The position numbers and the translations under genes were made by a program. Shown piece by piece: positions 1 through 12,700 of a stretch of 64,000 bases of DNA (its first letter is position 1; every line of letters begins with the position of its first letter). This DNA is from Carcharhinus amblyrhynchos (lineage: Eukaryota). The stretch spans positions 58,156,001 to 58,220,000 of the forward strand of contig OZ336874.1 in assembly GCA_965287045.1 (NCBI GenBank), written 5' to 3'. The notes under the pieces were generated by a model, which saw only the letters and a list, made by a program, of their open reading frames with translations, searched no databases and was not told the origin of the DNA.

Positions 1-1261
1 TTTAAAAGTACCACTGAACCTTGTACATCTGTGCCATAACGTGATAAAACACATCTCCTTTACTGGTTTTAGTTTTTTTTTCTGAACAAAAATATAACAT
101 TTTAATATTTGACTTTTGAGTTGAAGCAGGTTAATGGTGATTATTTGAAAAGGTATGGTCTTTTGCAAATGGCTATAATGGTTTATATTTAGGACCATGA
201 GCATGGAGGCTGTTGCAGGTGTCCACTTAGTAATTTTCCATGTTTCATGCTGGCACGATGGTAACTAACAGTGAAGTGCAAGGAGAACAAGTATTTACTA
301 AAAAATTTGGAATAGTTGCTGTGTATTTCACGATAACTAGAACTAGAGAAGTTCAAATGGAAGGCCATATGGGAATCTTTTGCTGTTAAGAAGCAAGCTA
401 AAGTGCTTTAACTTCACTTTGTATTTTAATGGGCAAGATCTTAATATTGTGGCAGTGTAACCATATTGTCTTTTTTAAATGTGTGAAATGTTTGTGCTAT
501 TCAAAGTTGCAGACAATAAAATTTGGTATGGCTGTTTAACATAATTGTTGTGATCAACGTATTATGCATGTGCTGAAGCTTCACGTCTTCCTTTTCTCCA
601 TTTAAGAACCAAGCTTTCACATTCTTCATGACAAAAGATACAGAGCCACAACATTAATTGGACTTTTGTACGTTGGCAAGTGCTATGCAAGTTAACTTTT
701 CTGTCCATACAGCAACACATTCCCATTTTGGCAATAAATGCTGTTAATTATTTGTATATTTACACTATGGCATCAGCTTCCTCGATTAATGAATTGGCAC
801 GCAACAAAATTCCAGTGTGTCTTTGATGTCTAACAGCAATCTTTAAAATGCCCTATGTAATGGGAATTGGTAATGAGAAGTTGAAATAAATGTTTACTAT
901 CATTATCCATTTCAAAAATGATCCTTAGTCTATAGTAAACAGTTGCAAATTGTAGCTTTTCTTAAACACATATGTATTTTAGGAAGAAATCAACTAGGTC
1001 ACTTAAAATTTCACTCCAAATCTCTCAAGTCACTAATGCTGTCGTATTATTACAAGTTGGCTGGAAATGGGAAGTAAATTTAGCAGTATAATTGTCTTTA
1101 TCTGTCATTCATGGAAACAATCTCCTTGAATATCTGCCATGATTTAACTGTATAAAATTGTTTTCATATTTCTTAGCAATGGTTTTACTATTGTGAATAG
1201 CTTTATGGAAAAACTAGTTCATTGTTGGTAGCGCATTTGCGTGAGTCATATAATTCAGTTT

Positions 1262-1830
1262 CCTTTTGTTCATGGGATGTGAGTATTGCTGGCAAGGCCA
1301 GCATTTATTGTCCGTCCCTAACTTTTTGCTGTTGCCCACGTGCTGTAGGTAGATCCACAGTGCTGTTAGGGTGGGAGTTCCAGGTTTTTGATCCGGTCAC
1401 TGTGTAGAAGGGGCAATAGTTCCAAGTTAGAATTGTGTGGCTTGATGGGCAACTTGCAGGTGGCGATGTTCTCCTGCATTTGCTGCCCATTTCCTTCCTT
1501 TAGGTGGTAGAGGTCACTGGTTTGGAAGGTGCTGTTGTTGGAATCTTGGTGAGTTGCTCCAGTAAATCTTGTGGATGAATGTTTGTTTGTTTAAGGTGCT
1601 GAGCAAGCAGGCTGCTTTGTCCTGGATGGTGTCAATTTCATTGAATGTTGGAGTTGCACTTGTCAAAGCAAGTGGAGAATTTTCCATGACACTCCTGCAT
1701 TCTGCCTTATCAAGTAAGCTTTGGGGAGTTGAGTTACCACAGAATTCCCAGCATCTGACCTTTTTGTGTAGCCATGGTATTTATGTGGCTGGTCCAGTTA
1801 AGTTTCTGATCAATATAACACAGGATGTTG
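1262..1830 (-). mobile_element. Decayed 3' part of a CR1/L2-superclade LINE (family A)
   Basis: catgggatgtgagtattgctggcaaggccagcatttattg... is shared with copies at 42660-44080, 46990-47430 and 48830-49650. Confidence 0.75.
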
Positions 1831-2699
1831 ACGTAATATTTACATCTGCCACTGGGATAGCCTTAGCCGCTGCTGTAGTGCTCTAACACTATCTGATTAT
1901 CCTTTGGGGTAGGGAAGGAGTGAAGCTAAAGATGGAGAAAAGTGATATAAGGGGTCTTTTCCAAGTTGGGATGAATTCTGAGTGGTGCCTGCTAATGAAA
2001 ATTTTGCAGTGCCCCATAGGCTCAAATAATCCAGTATCTGAATCGGGCAAGTCTGCAGGTACTTTTTTTTTGGGGGGCAAGATATATTGATTAAACAGTT
2101 TGATTTGTTACTGAAACAAGCGGTTTCATTGAGAATATATCTGTTCTAAATCATGCTTTAAGAGACCTCTGGCTAGCGAAACAATGCCAAACTCATGAGT
2201 TTCTTTGTGCTTTTAGTCAGTTAAACTTCATCCTTGTATGAGCTTAAATTAGGATTGCTAAACTCTGACAATCTGCATCTAAGCACTAAATTGTATAGAG
2301 GTGTATCACAATGAGCAGAGACCACTTGCTTTGAATTAGGCAAGCAGAAATTTTACTGATTTGTAGCATGGTCATTTGAAAAAGTTGACTAGTGTCAGTG
2401 GAACCAAATCCCCATAGTCAATACTTTTTTCAGAGGAAATATAAATTAATGCAGCTTGTCACGTAAATGGACTTGATAATATAGATGTGTGAATTAATGA
2501 ATAACGATTAACTGACCATATTGAGTGAAGCAGTGCAGGAAAAAGCCAGTGATTTCAAGGTACTGTTGCAATTTTTGATGTATAGATCTTTTTTCGCATA
2601 AGCAGGAAAGAGGGACAATTTGAATATTAGTTCTGTTTTAAATTTACAAACAAATTTTACTGAAGAAGTAATGCTCGAACTGGAACATACCAGATCACT

Positions 2700-2900
2700 G
2701 AATCAGCAGTATTCGGAGAATTGTGGACAATTCTGGGCACCATTTTTAAAGAGACGTATAAAGGCCTTGACAAAAGTTCAGAGATGTTACTAGCAATGAA
2801 GGGTACCGGTTATGAGGGATAGTTTGGAAAAGTTAGGACTCCTTGGTGCAGAGAAGGTTAAGAGGTCACCGAGCATGTTTTGAAAATTGAGAGGTGAGAG
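2700..2900 (+). mobile_element. CR1 LINE 3' fragment
   Basis: gagaattgtggacaattctgggcacc...aaggccttgacaaaagttcagagatg resembles the CR1 motif LEYCVQFWSP..KDI.ALE.VQRR. Confidence 0.6.
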
Positions 2901-3555
2901 ATTTTGATAATGTGAAATATAAAGGAGAGATGTAATGTATTTTCCATGATTCTTTGAATGCCTGGTGTTTATAGTCTGAATAATAAACCTATTGTATAAA
3001 TTACAGTATAGTACTTGCATGTTGAAACAATTTGGAAGGTATCTGGCCCAGTCTGATATTTGTCAGTGTTGTGAGTCCAGTGTACACTTATGTAGCTGAT
3101 AATATATATTCCAGCAGTTAATAGTGAAACTACTTACCTTTGAAAGTATCATTAAGTGTTGACCTGGGTTTTGCCTTTGCAACAATAGCAAAACTATCAG
3201 CATTTGCATCATTATTCTGTAACCTCTGAATAAATATTCAGTTATTGTGGAAATCCAGAGGTTGCTACCAGTGATTGTCTGCTCTACTGCAGGATGTGCT
3301 CTTGAATTCCTCGTAGATGGAAATCAGAGATATTACTGAATTGATGTGTGTTTCCATTTTTTATGCTATGATTTTCAAGAATCCATGATAAAGATACACT
3401 TTGGATAAAGTGTAACTGGAATTTTAATTGCATTCCAACTTGATGCTGAACATCCCCTCTGGTCCTGAAAAATATTTTATATTTGCAAAGTGTCTTTTTT
3501 TTCAAATTCTATAGTTAAAAGAAATTTTTGAAGTTTCCATTTCCATTTCTAATCT

Positions 3556-5960
3556 TGGCTAGAACTTTCCATTCTGGTAACTAAATATGGTGGCAGGTGG
3601 AAAAGTCAGATCAATTCCTGCTGGGTGGTGGAGTGGGTCTTGGTACCAGATCCTTCACTTTACAGCTTGTTGATTTTATGCATTAGCAAGGTGCTGGTGA
3701 AATCTCATTTGGGGGGGGGATGGTGGTGGTGATTTGTTCCTCCCCCTTCCTCCGCTGATTCCTCATGGGGGCTGGAGATTCTAATGCCACCTTTAAAAGA
3801 CATGTGCCTTCATTCATGCAGGCTAGGTGTTGTTATTAAAAAGAAAACAATGGCACCAAAGCAAATCAGACCCCCTCCACCATGGTTCAACAAGGCCTCC
3901 TTGGGGATTTTCCCCCCTGGCAATCCAGGAAAGGTGGGGGCCTTCTCTTCCTTGGGATGGGAGTAGGAGGGTAGGAGGTGTACCAGGGGTGGCACACAAA
4001 GAAGGATGCAGTGCAGGAAACGCGTGAATGATCTGAAGAATTTCACCTTGAAGTTAACCTTCTCCTTCCAGACTCTCTCTGTCATCAGGGCACCAGGCAA
4101 TATAAGTGTTCCAGTCCACAGGAATATCTCACCATTAACAAGAAAGGGTGTGTACGCCTTAAAGACACTCTAGCTACCAACAAGAAAAGGTGAAGAAAGA
4201 GCTTGAGCAAGCACCTTAGCTCTAGAAACCTTCAATGATGAAGCAAACAAACCATCCAATTTAAAGACCCACCACTGCATTCATCTGCACACTTCACCAG
4301 CATAGATACATGTACCTTGGTGAGTTCTGTTTTAGAAGTAGGCTCAAGCTCACTGTCTAGTGATCACCTCACAGATATGTGTTCACAGCAGACAGCACCC
4401 CCCCCCGCCCCAAATTAGGTCCCATCTTGCTCCTTAGTTCCATTAGCTCTCACTCAATCTCATCACAATGAATCACGTTTAGTTCCACATCAACATGAGC
4501 AAGGACCCTTCCTATATGACATTGAGTGGACAATATACATCTGACCCTTTCATCTCAGGCAATCATTGTGACCTCTGAGAATTGTTCATCTGGGTTAGTG
4601 ATTGTCTGAAGCTATCGCACTGAAGTCTTTAGTTTGTGGATGTTGTAATATTTATTGCGTCCAACATTTGAAGTCTTTATACTGAAGTGCACTTTCCAAT
4701 GGCTTTTATTTTAGTGTCATAAGGTTTTGGTAAAAGTAATATTCAACATTGAACGCCAACATAGAGAACTGTGGTCATCACAATTTGGCTTCATCTTATT
4801 CCTCCAGGAAATTTATAGCTATAAGATTGTCTTCACGCCTTCCATGTCATGCCTACCATTCCCATATGACTCATCTGATTCTTTGTCCTGTTAAAATTTA
4901 TTCCCTTCAGCATCCTCCTTGTCTGAAGAGATGTGTAGCTGCTTCATGTCTTTCTCCCTACCCCACCAAATCTTTTGCAGAACTAGGGTGTGCATGGTGC
5001 AGCAAACAACAAATGATGCAGGAGACTGTCTGGCCAGTATTGAAGGGACCTGCCTAATCAGTCTACACAGCTGAAATGCATCTTTAAGAGACCTTTCATT
5101 AGCCCTTTTCAGGACCTTGTGTCAGAATATGCAGCATTATATCTCAGAAGGACCTCATTAGCTGTGCCGTTAAAGGGTACGTACCCCTTTTCACTGGGGA
5201 ACCAATCCTTTCAGTACTAGACTCCACTCAAGTATCTCTGGCACATGGGAATGACAAATGTGAGAGTTGTATGAACTCCCTGGGTACTGAATACTAACGT
5301 TTGATCTTCTTTCTGTGATCACAAATTAACTGGATGTTGAGAGCGCAACCGTTTTCTGTTAATGAATCCCTCAGGCTGCTGCGAGGGAACTCTTAAGGCT
5401 ATATATGTGCAGTCAGTGGTGCCTTACACCTGCAGAAAGCTGAGATCAGTGAATCTTGCAACTCTGGCTCACTTTATCCATATGGAACTGCACATAACGG
5501 TGAACTTTATCAAATGCGGCATAGGTCACCTCCCTTATGCATTTGTGTGTCACTGAGATTCTGTTCAGCTCCACGGTGAAGTTCTGAAAGGATCCACTGA
5601 TGAAAGATTCCATACGGAAGCAACAGGCATTGGGTGCCTGCCAAGTCAATGCAATATGGGTTCCTCTTAGAGAATGTGACAAATAAGAACTATGACATCC
5701 TTAGACATACAAAGGTATCTGCAGCACTGTCTTTCTCTCATCTCTGAATGAGCTGCACCTTCTGTAGACCCTTGGTCACGCCAAACATCTTGATGGATTT
5801 GGTCAGTGTGTAGGTATTCTGCAGGGTGCTGACCCGAGTTCCTCAGGATGACAATCTTCCATAAGCCATGCCAATCAGCAATGGCCAATTTTCTCATTCC
5901 TATCTAAGCTACCAAGAAGGCATTGTTGCCTGCATTCTCCACTCCCGGTTTCTGAGAACT
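3556..5960. mobile_element. Decayed PIF/Harbinger DNA transposon: Myb/SANT remnant (+) and HARBI1-like DDE transposase remnant (-)
   Basis: + strand ~4003-4035 reads RMQCRKRVNDL (Myb-like). - strand ~5250-5760 gives ERQCCRYLCMSKDVIVLICHIL, SGSFQ, HKCIREVT, SFLQV*GTTDCTYIALRVP, FINRK and LNIQLICDH, matching Harbinger transposase motifs with stops and frameshifts. Confidence 0.8.
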
Positions 5961-7914
5961 GATATCATTGAGTAATCATGGTGGTTCATGTTAAATTGTC
6001 TTCCTCCATATACAAGACAGCTATGTTTCTCCAGCCTTTGACTTTTATGGGTCGATACATTGCATACTAAGGCCACCTGGAGGATGACAGGAGGCTGACC
6101 TTTTCACTCAGATGTGAATGTGTGCTCACAATGAGTGTGTCTTAGGAGTTACAGTCAACAGTGTGTTGGTTGCTCACCAGTGGCCTTTGCAATAAATATA
6201 GAATGTCATCCTTACACTTCTGTCCTGACTGCATGCAAGGGGCCTTGTATGCCATGATCAATGCACTGCATCGGTGAAGGTTTGTCGGTTCCATAACAGA
6301 TGTGGCTATTGATTCTTGGAGCATATATCCATTCTGACATACCTCTAAAGATCAGTTGCCGACTAAGATCATGTGCACTGCAGTATCTAAGCTTAATGGA
6401 TTCTCGCCTGAGTGCGTACCATTAGAAAAGGAGCCAAGCTCATTCATTGTGTATTAGAACCTTGAGTCCAGCACTCTGCTGAGCCCTGTTCTCCATGGTT
6501 TGAGCAAGACGGTGATAGATGCCCCTTCAATCATTCAATATTTGTTGTGCAGAATTCCGCATGTATTATGAGACACCTACCTGACAGAATTCAGTTTTTG
6601 AAACTGTCTCGTTCCTGGATGAACGTGAAAACACTCTGTTGACTGAGCGTAAGACCAGCTTCCAGAACAGTCTGTTCAATATGACCTTGACACGGTAGCC
6701 TCTGCTCCAGCACAGTTTCTGATTCCTCGTCCCAGGAATGTCTTTCACTAATCCACTTTGTTCTGTGAAACTTCATCCACAGAACTTTTGTGGGTAATTT
6801 AGTTTGAGGTCGGTGGTGAATGCTATCGCTGAGTGCAAGGTCTGGGTCTCTTTTTTTTGTAACATACAAATGCAATTATGCGCGAGGTATTTGTAATTAC
6901 TGGTAAAATGTCAGTTTGAAAGTTGTGTTGCTGTTCTTAGCTGTGCCTTTTTAGTCTAGTAGTTGCATATTGAGAATATTCAGCAAATAATTTAAGCTTG
7001 GCTGAAAAACTCTGGGTCAGTGCTCTAAGCTGTTAATTAGTGAGAACCGAAGCAAGAATACAAAATGTCATATACTCGTTGATCATGTAAGATGCAGCAG
7101 AATTCCTTCATGTTAATTCTAATGATTCTCAAAAGGAGGAAAGTACTTCAGTAAGGGGTTTGCCAAGCTTGTCATTTGTGAATAAATCAAAAGGCCATCA
7201 TCCCTGTAGCAGGAACTGATGAATGGAATTGCTTTGTCATTCTTTTGATAGGCCTTGCTCTTAAGCTTGCTATTAAAAATGAATGCAAACATTCTGGCAT
7301 GTTTCAAGTGTTCTGCATTAGAAACATAAACAATGAAGGGTACTTGAGATGCTGGGCTAAGAGCTGCTAGACAGATACAAGAGCTTCCTCTTGTCAATAG
7401 GTTCACAATCTGCCTTGAGAGTGAATGAGGGCAATGTACTCAGTGCTGCCAAGCCTTGACCGCGCAGCTTTCAAGATAAGGTTTATATCTGTAAAAGGAA
7501 GAACAAATACATTTTAAGTCTTACAGCAATGACTCTTTAGGCATACACAAATTGGAATCTTGAACAAGTGTTCAATTGTTGTGTTTTAAGATGCACGTTA
7601 ATATTCGCTGATTCTTTCTTCCTCTCTCAAAGGGCACCTTGATGTGTAGATCTCCTTTTTAAAAGCTCAGGCAGGTCCCTTGACGACTCTAGCAGTGATC
7701 CAATTTTGTGCCTGCAAAGTAGCTATGAAGTGGGTGATTAATTTTTATGTTCGTCAGCTTTGCAATTAGAAGCTTCCTCACGTGTTGGGAAGTTACTTAA
7801 ATAATATATAACTGACTATAAAAGCCATTATTTTGGGGCGAAATGAAGTGAGAAAGAGCTACCATGTAATGAAAACATAGAACATTACAGCGGAGTAAAA
7901 CCCTCAAAACGTGA

Positions 7915-8116
7915 TGGCCGGAATTCTCCAGCCGTTCACACCGACAGGGTTCTCTGATTTCACCAGCAGCGCACTCTTCGCCAAGGGTTTCATGGCAGTG
8001 TAGGGTAACATCACTGGGAATTTTCACTGACAGCAGCAGAACCAGAGGATCCTGCCACCTGCATTTGAGACCTCGCACTGAGAAAATGCTGAGGGGAGGC
8101 TGGAGGATCTGGTCCA
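7915..8116. mobile_element. ~200-bp MITE (Harbinger-type TIRs)
   Basis: Ends tggccggaattctcc ... ggaggatctggtcca; the internal sequence is homologous to 21209-21418. Confidence 0.65.
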
Positions 8117-8254
8117 ATATGTATCTCTATAATGGATTGATCAAACAAACCAAATCAGTCGGGTGAGATGGTTAGTGTCACAACTGATTCTAGATCCTAT
8201 CCTGCGTTCTTTCATTATGTATTTTACTCATTTAAGAAACACTTAAGAAACAAA

Positions 8255-8640
8255 GAGCTTTCATTTGTATAGTTTTTTTTCATGGCCTCAGGGTGTCCCA
8301 AATTGAGTTAAGTGTTTTACAGCCACTTAAGTAATTGTGAAATGCAGTCAGTATTTTAGGAAGCATGACAGCTTAACAAGGTTCCACAAACAGATAATTT
8401 TTTGCAATGTTGATCAAGTTATGCTGTCAGGGTATGGGGGGAGGGAGGGGGTGCTCCTCTCCAAGTGGGATCTTGTATGTCCACATAAGAAATCAAGATG
8501 CCATCTGCCCTAATATCTCACCTGGAAGATAGTGTTGCGCTCCTTCAGTTTTGCACTTAAGTGTCAGCTTAGATTCTGTGGTTGTCTCTTGAGTGGAACT
8601 TGAAGCTCCAACCTTCTGACTCAAAGGGAAGTTCCTCTCC
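8255..8640 (-). mobile_element. Ancient DeuSINE (SacSINE1/AmnSINE1-like)
   Basis: ...ctccttcagttttgcacttaagtgtcagcttagattc...gtggaacttgaagctccaaccttctgactc; + strand relatives occur at 23385-23560, 24090-24270 and 25130-25260. Confidence 0.6.
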
Positions 8641-9418
8641 TGAAGTATGGAGTACACTTGTATACATCTGATTCCAAGTTATTTGGGGAAGTGTGAGTGC
8701 TAACTTGTGTAAATTAATGATTGGACATATTTTGGTTCAAAAATAAAGTTGCGAAGCTTGGTATTTATGCACATGATTCCTGTAATGATGAATTGAGCTG
8801 AAATATGATTATATTTATTGGAAAATATCCTTGAGATGAAACCACCAAATATGTAATGTTTTCTTGGTGAGCACCATCTGATGGTGAATTTCCCACAATA
8901 GTATGTCAATTCCTTAAAGAATTCTTGATGAGAGCGTGAGGGGGGAAAATGCAAAAATCAAATTGCAAGTGACCCAGCCAGACAGTCTCGCCACAATCTT
9001 GATCCAGAGATCAAATGATCAAGTTGGTCAATCATTTGGTTATTCCGTCTCCTTTTGACATGAAGGATACCCATTATGATTTAGTACACTAGGTTCTTGG
9101 GAGGAAAAATGTGACAATTTATTTAAATTATCTTCTACTCGTCACAAATTCTCTTGCAGCAGCTTAGTGACATTCAGTCTGTAGTTTTTAAATGAAATTT
9201 CAGCTTTAATTAATTCTCTTGTGCACTAGTTATATATTGAATCACAATTGCCCTTCAAATTCCCCATGACAACACTGGGTTTTGAGTGACATTGAAATCG
9301 TGTGTTCGCACTTTTTAAAAATTATTTAACAAAGTTAGAATTTTGAAGTCTTTGTCCTGCTAGATTTGGCTTTCTGTAGCCCTCGTACCTGAATGTTTTT
9401 CAATGCACAAATTATTCA

Positions 9419-9982
9419 ACGGGACAAAATGAAGGACAGCTGCGCATTAATTAGAACAATGCTAACTCACCAGGCTCGTCAAAAGGGACTGGATCATGCT
9501 CCCTTTCTAATACGTTGCAGGTTAAATTATCCATTTCTGTAAGAGATGCATGCCAAAACTGCTATCTGTGCGTATTACTCTCTCTGCTCAGTGCACTCGC
9601 AATACATGCTATTTAGAAGTGGACACCCTGAAATTTGCAGATTTAATTCGCCATGATGTGGAGATGCTGACGTTGGACTGGGTAAGCACAGTGAGAAGTG
9701 TCTCAACACCAGGTTAAAGTCCAACAGCTTTATTTGGTAGCACATATGGCTTGTTAAACCTGCAGATTTCAGGGTGTCCACTTCTAGAAAGCGTGGATTG
9801 CAAGTTCACCGAGCAGAGAAAGTAATACGCACAGATAGCAGTTTTGGCATGCATCTCCTACAGAAATGGATACAATATACCTGCAATGTATTAGAAAGAG
9901 AACATGATCCAGTCCTTTTTGACAAGCCTAGTGAGGTAGCACTGTTCTAAATAATGTGCAGCTGTCCTTCATTTTTTCCCGT
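9419..9982. repeat. Long inverted repeat: arms 9419-9646 and 9754-9982, with a 107-bp spacer of Penelope terminal sequence
   Basis: Manual alignment gives about 26 differences in ~228 bp, with a 30+ bp identical core ATGCCAAAACTGCTATCTGTGCGTATTACT. The spacer is the reverse complement of the sequence seen at 46921-46975. Confidence 0.95.
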
Positions 9983-9987
9983 GGACA

Positions 9988-10090
9988 TAAAGTCTAGCAG
10001 GTTTATTTGGTAGCACAAGCCACAGCTTGTGGCTTGTGCTACCAAATAAACCTGTTGGACTTTAACTGGTGTTGTGAAACATGTTACTAA
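9988..10090. mobile_element. Head-to-head Penelope terminal fragments forming a 37-bp hairpin (9988-10064)
   Basis: TAAAGTCTAGCAGGTTTATTTGGTAGCACAAGCCACA-gct-TGTGGCTTGTGCTACCAAATAAACCTGTTGGACTTTA; the right arm matches 46921-46950. Confidence 0.9.
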
Positions 10091-10914
10091 GTTTAACTTG
10101 CAGCAGATCACACTTGTTTACTTGTGTAGCCAGTAGACCCAAAGTAAATTTTTAAAGGAACTCTTGAAACATAACGTTGCCTCAACGCTAGAATTGTTCA
10201 TTTTATTAACCACACATCACGTAAATCCTTCTAATTTAACTGGGTATTAACCTGTAAGAACCATTGTTAGACCTACAAAGGGGGCATGGTGCTGGCTTTT
10301 CACAGGGAGAAGGTCAGTACCTGAGCGAATGGGTCCATTTACTGCAGGGAGCTGGGAAGGTAATTTGGATAGTTAGCAGTAACATGGCAATTGGGTTTGA
10401 TAACTTCATGACAGATATATGAAGATGATTTCCTAAAATTTGTAGTGATTTTGGTTTTTTTTTTAAACAATTTGCAAGAAAAAGACCTAGAATTGCTTAT
10501 TGTAGTCAGATCATATAAAATATGCAATATGTCTGCATATGTTTGCCCTCTTCCATGAAAGATGAGATTTTCTTTCAAGAATTTACAAAGTCATGCAGAA
10601 GATAACCACATTCCTGAATTCCTCACCCTGTAGGAAGAGTTTACAAATATTTATTGTTTTCCTGTTTTTTGACATGATGGGAGAGCATGCTCCCAATGAC
10701 TTTTTTGTAAAAATCTTGAGCAGACAGATCGGCACCTGATTTTTACCACAAGACTAATTTTGATCTCCTCTTAATCCAAACTAATCCAATGTAACATGTA
10801 TCATTTGCTGTTAGGATCACTTGAAGTTGTGAATACTTGAAGATGTTTAATTTATTTGAGCTGAATGCTTCAAGCGTAATGTACTGCACTTTATATCTTT
10901 GTTACATGAGTAGA

Positions 10915-12700
10915 TCACTAAGTGCCTTGAGCCTGTTCAGTCCTTCAAGGTTATGACTGATCTAACTTCAAATATCTATTATAGCCCCATATTCCTTAAT
11001 ACCTTTGGTTAACAATTGCTTGGGAGCACAGAACTTGAATATTGTTGAAAAGAGAGACATGTTGCAAAAAATTTTCATCTTGCACTAATTCGGACAAATC
11101 AAATTTCAAATTGTCACAATTTATAGCACAGGAGAAAAAGGTACACTGGTTGCTAAGTTGACACTAGTTGAATCATTGCCATGGAGAAAGCAGCAGGAAT
11201 CTATAGACTTCCCCCATTCTTCTGGCTAATTCAAAAAAGGTGTAAACCATGAACATATTCCTTGCATAGTGAGTGGATCCCTGCATATCAATGTATGTTA
11301 CTCCTAGCAAGTATAAATCAACCATGTTACAAGCTTGACTGATTATGTTAGACTAGTTGCTAGTGTAGCTGTTTGTGCACTTGGGGTTGTTCAACAAGTG
11401 CTGCCTAATCACAAATAACATAAGACATTTTGGGCTTTGCAAGTGTTGGCTGGTGAATATGGTTTGTGTTCTGCCAGTTATGAACAGCTGGAGGAACATG
11501 CTTCCTTCGATCAACCAATCATTGGGACATACAGCCCATATATTTGGTGTTGCAGCAAAATGTTGTTCAATGGTGTGGAAGACAAAATGACATTTTGGAC
11601 TGATGACAGCATTCTATTAGTGGAAAATACTACTTGCAGGACCACTGCATGGTAACAATGTGAAACAGCTTGCTTCATGTGCTTGAAATGCTAAGATGCT
11701 ACCATTAATCCAGAAAGATGTTCCACCTCTTAACAGTTGACCAACATTGGCAAGCTGTCTCTTTCTTTACCTTTTGGTTAACAAAAATCTCAGATTTAGA
11801 AATTACAATTTGCTGAGCATCAGTTGCTGTTTGTGGAAGAATTCTAACCTACCACCCCTTTTGTGTAAGAGTGTTTTCTAATTTCAGGCCATATCTGCCA
11901 TTAATGTTTGGGCTATGCTGCCTAGTCCTTGACTGCTCAATCTACTGATATGGGGTAAAGGCAAGAAATTACCCATTCTTGATATCTTAAAATTCAATCT
12001 AATCATCCCTTAACTTTCTAAATTTCAGCTAATACACCCCTAGACTGTGTAATCCTTCCTCACAATTTGATCCTTGTTCAGATTTCATTTTGGTAAGGTA
12101 CACTCTGAAGTTGTGGAGCCCTGACTGAACAATTATTCCTGGTATGGTCTAACTCCTGGTACAGTTGAAATGCCCTTGCATTCTAACCCTCTAGACATAA
12201 AGCCCTGCATTCCATTATTTTTTGAGACGATTTTCTGCTGTTTGTGACGTTTTAATTTTTTTGTGTGTGAATTCTTAAATCTCTTTGGACCACTGCTGTT
12301 TCTGCTTTCATCATTTTGCTACCTGTTTAGTTGCCAAGCTTGTTCTTGAGTACATAGAAATCCATTTTCCTCATTCTTGCCTATTCATGTAATCTATTAA
12401 TATCTCTTTGTAAATGGAGATGTAAAATTTCACTGCTGCCTTTGTCATTAGCAAATTTTGATATCTGGCTCCATGCAAACACCTAGGCTATTAGAAGGTG
12501 AATAATTGAGGCCCAAATAGATCTTTGTGGGGCAACCACTACTCACATCTTACCAACACCTGCCCAATATCCTTAGTTAGCCTCTTGCTGCTCAACCAAT
12601 TTCCCAACCTGGCCAATCATTTGCCTTCAATTCCACATGCTTCAATTTTAGCTGGGACTTTTCAATCCTTGTTGGCAAGAATCCAAACACATTCTGACTT
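10915..12700 (-). mobile_element. Old CR1 LINE 3' region, interrupted by a Penelope insertion
   Basis: The CR1-type 3' tail (gagcctgttcagtccttcaag...atattccttaatacctttggttaacaa) resumes after 11768; similar to 15630-16470 and 45005-46510. Confidence 0.65.
11016..11767 (-). mobile_element. Penelope-like element fragment (GIY-YIG region plus 3' UTR) with ~16-bp flanking direct repeat
   Basis: - strand reads VVFSTNRMLSSVQ and, after a frameshift, CNTKYMGCMSQ*LVDRRKHVPPAVHN (YIG-like). Flanks are tacctttggttaacaa (11000-11015) and taccttttggttaacaa (11768-11784). Confidence 0.7.

Noticed and set aside
6000-6875. Cluster of minus-strand ORFs with faint Tx1/L1 C-terminal resemblance
   Set aside because: The similarity is too weak by eye to name a family; a profile search is needed.
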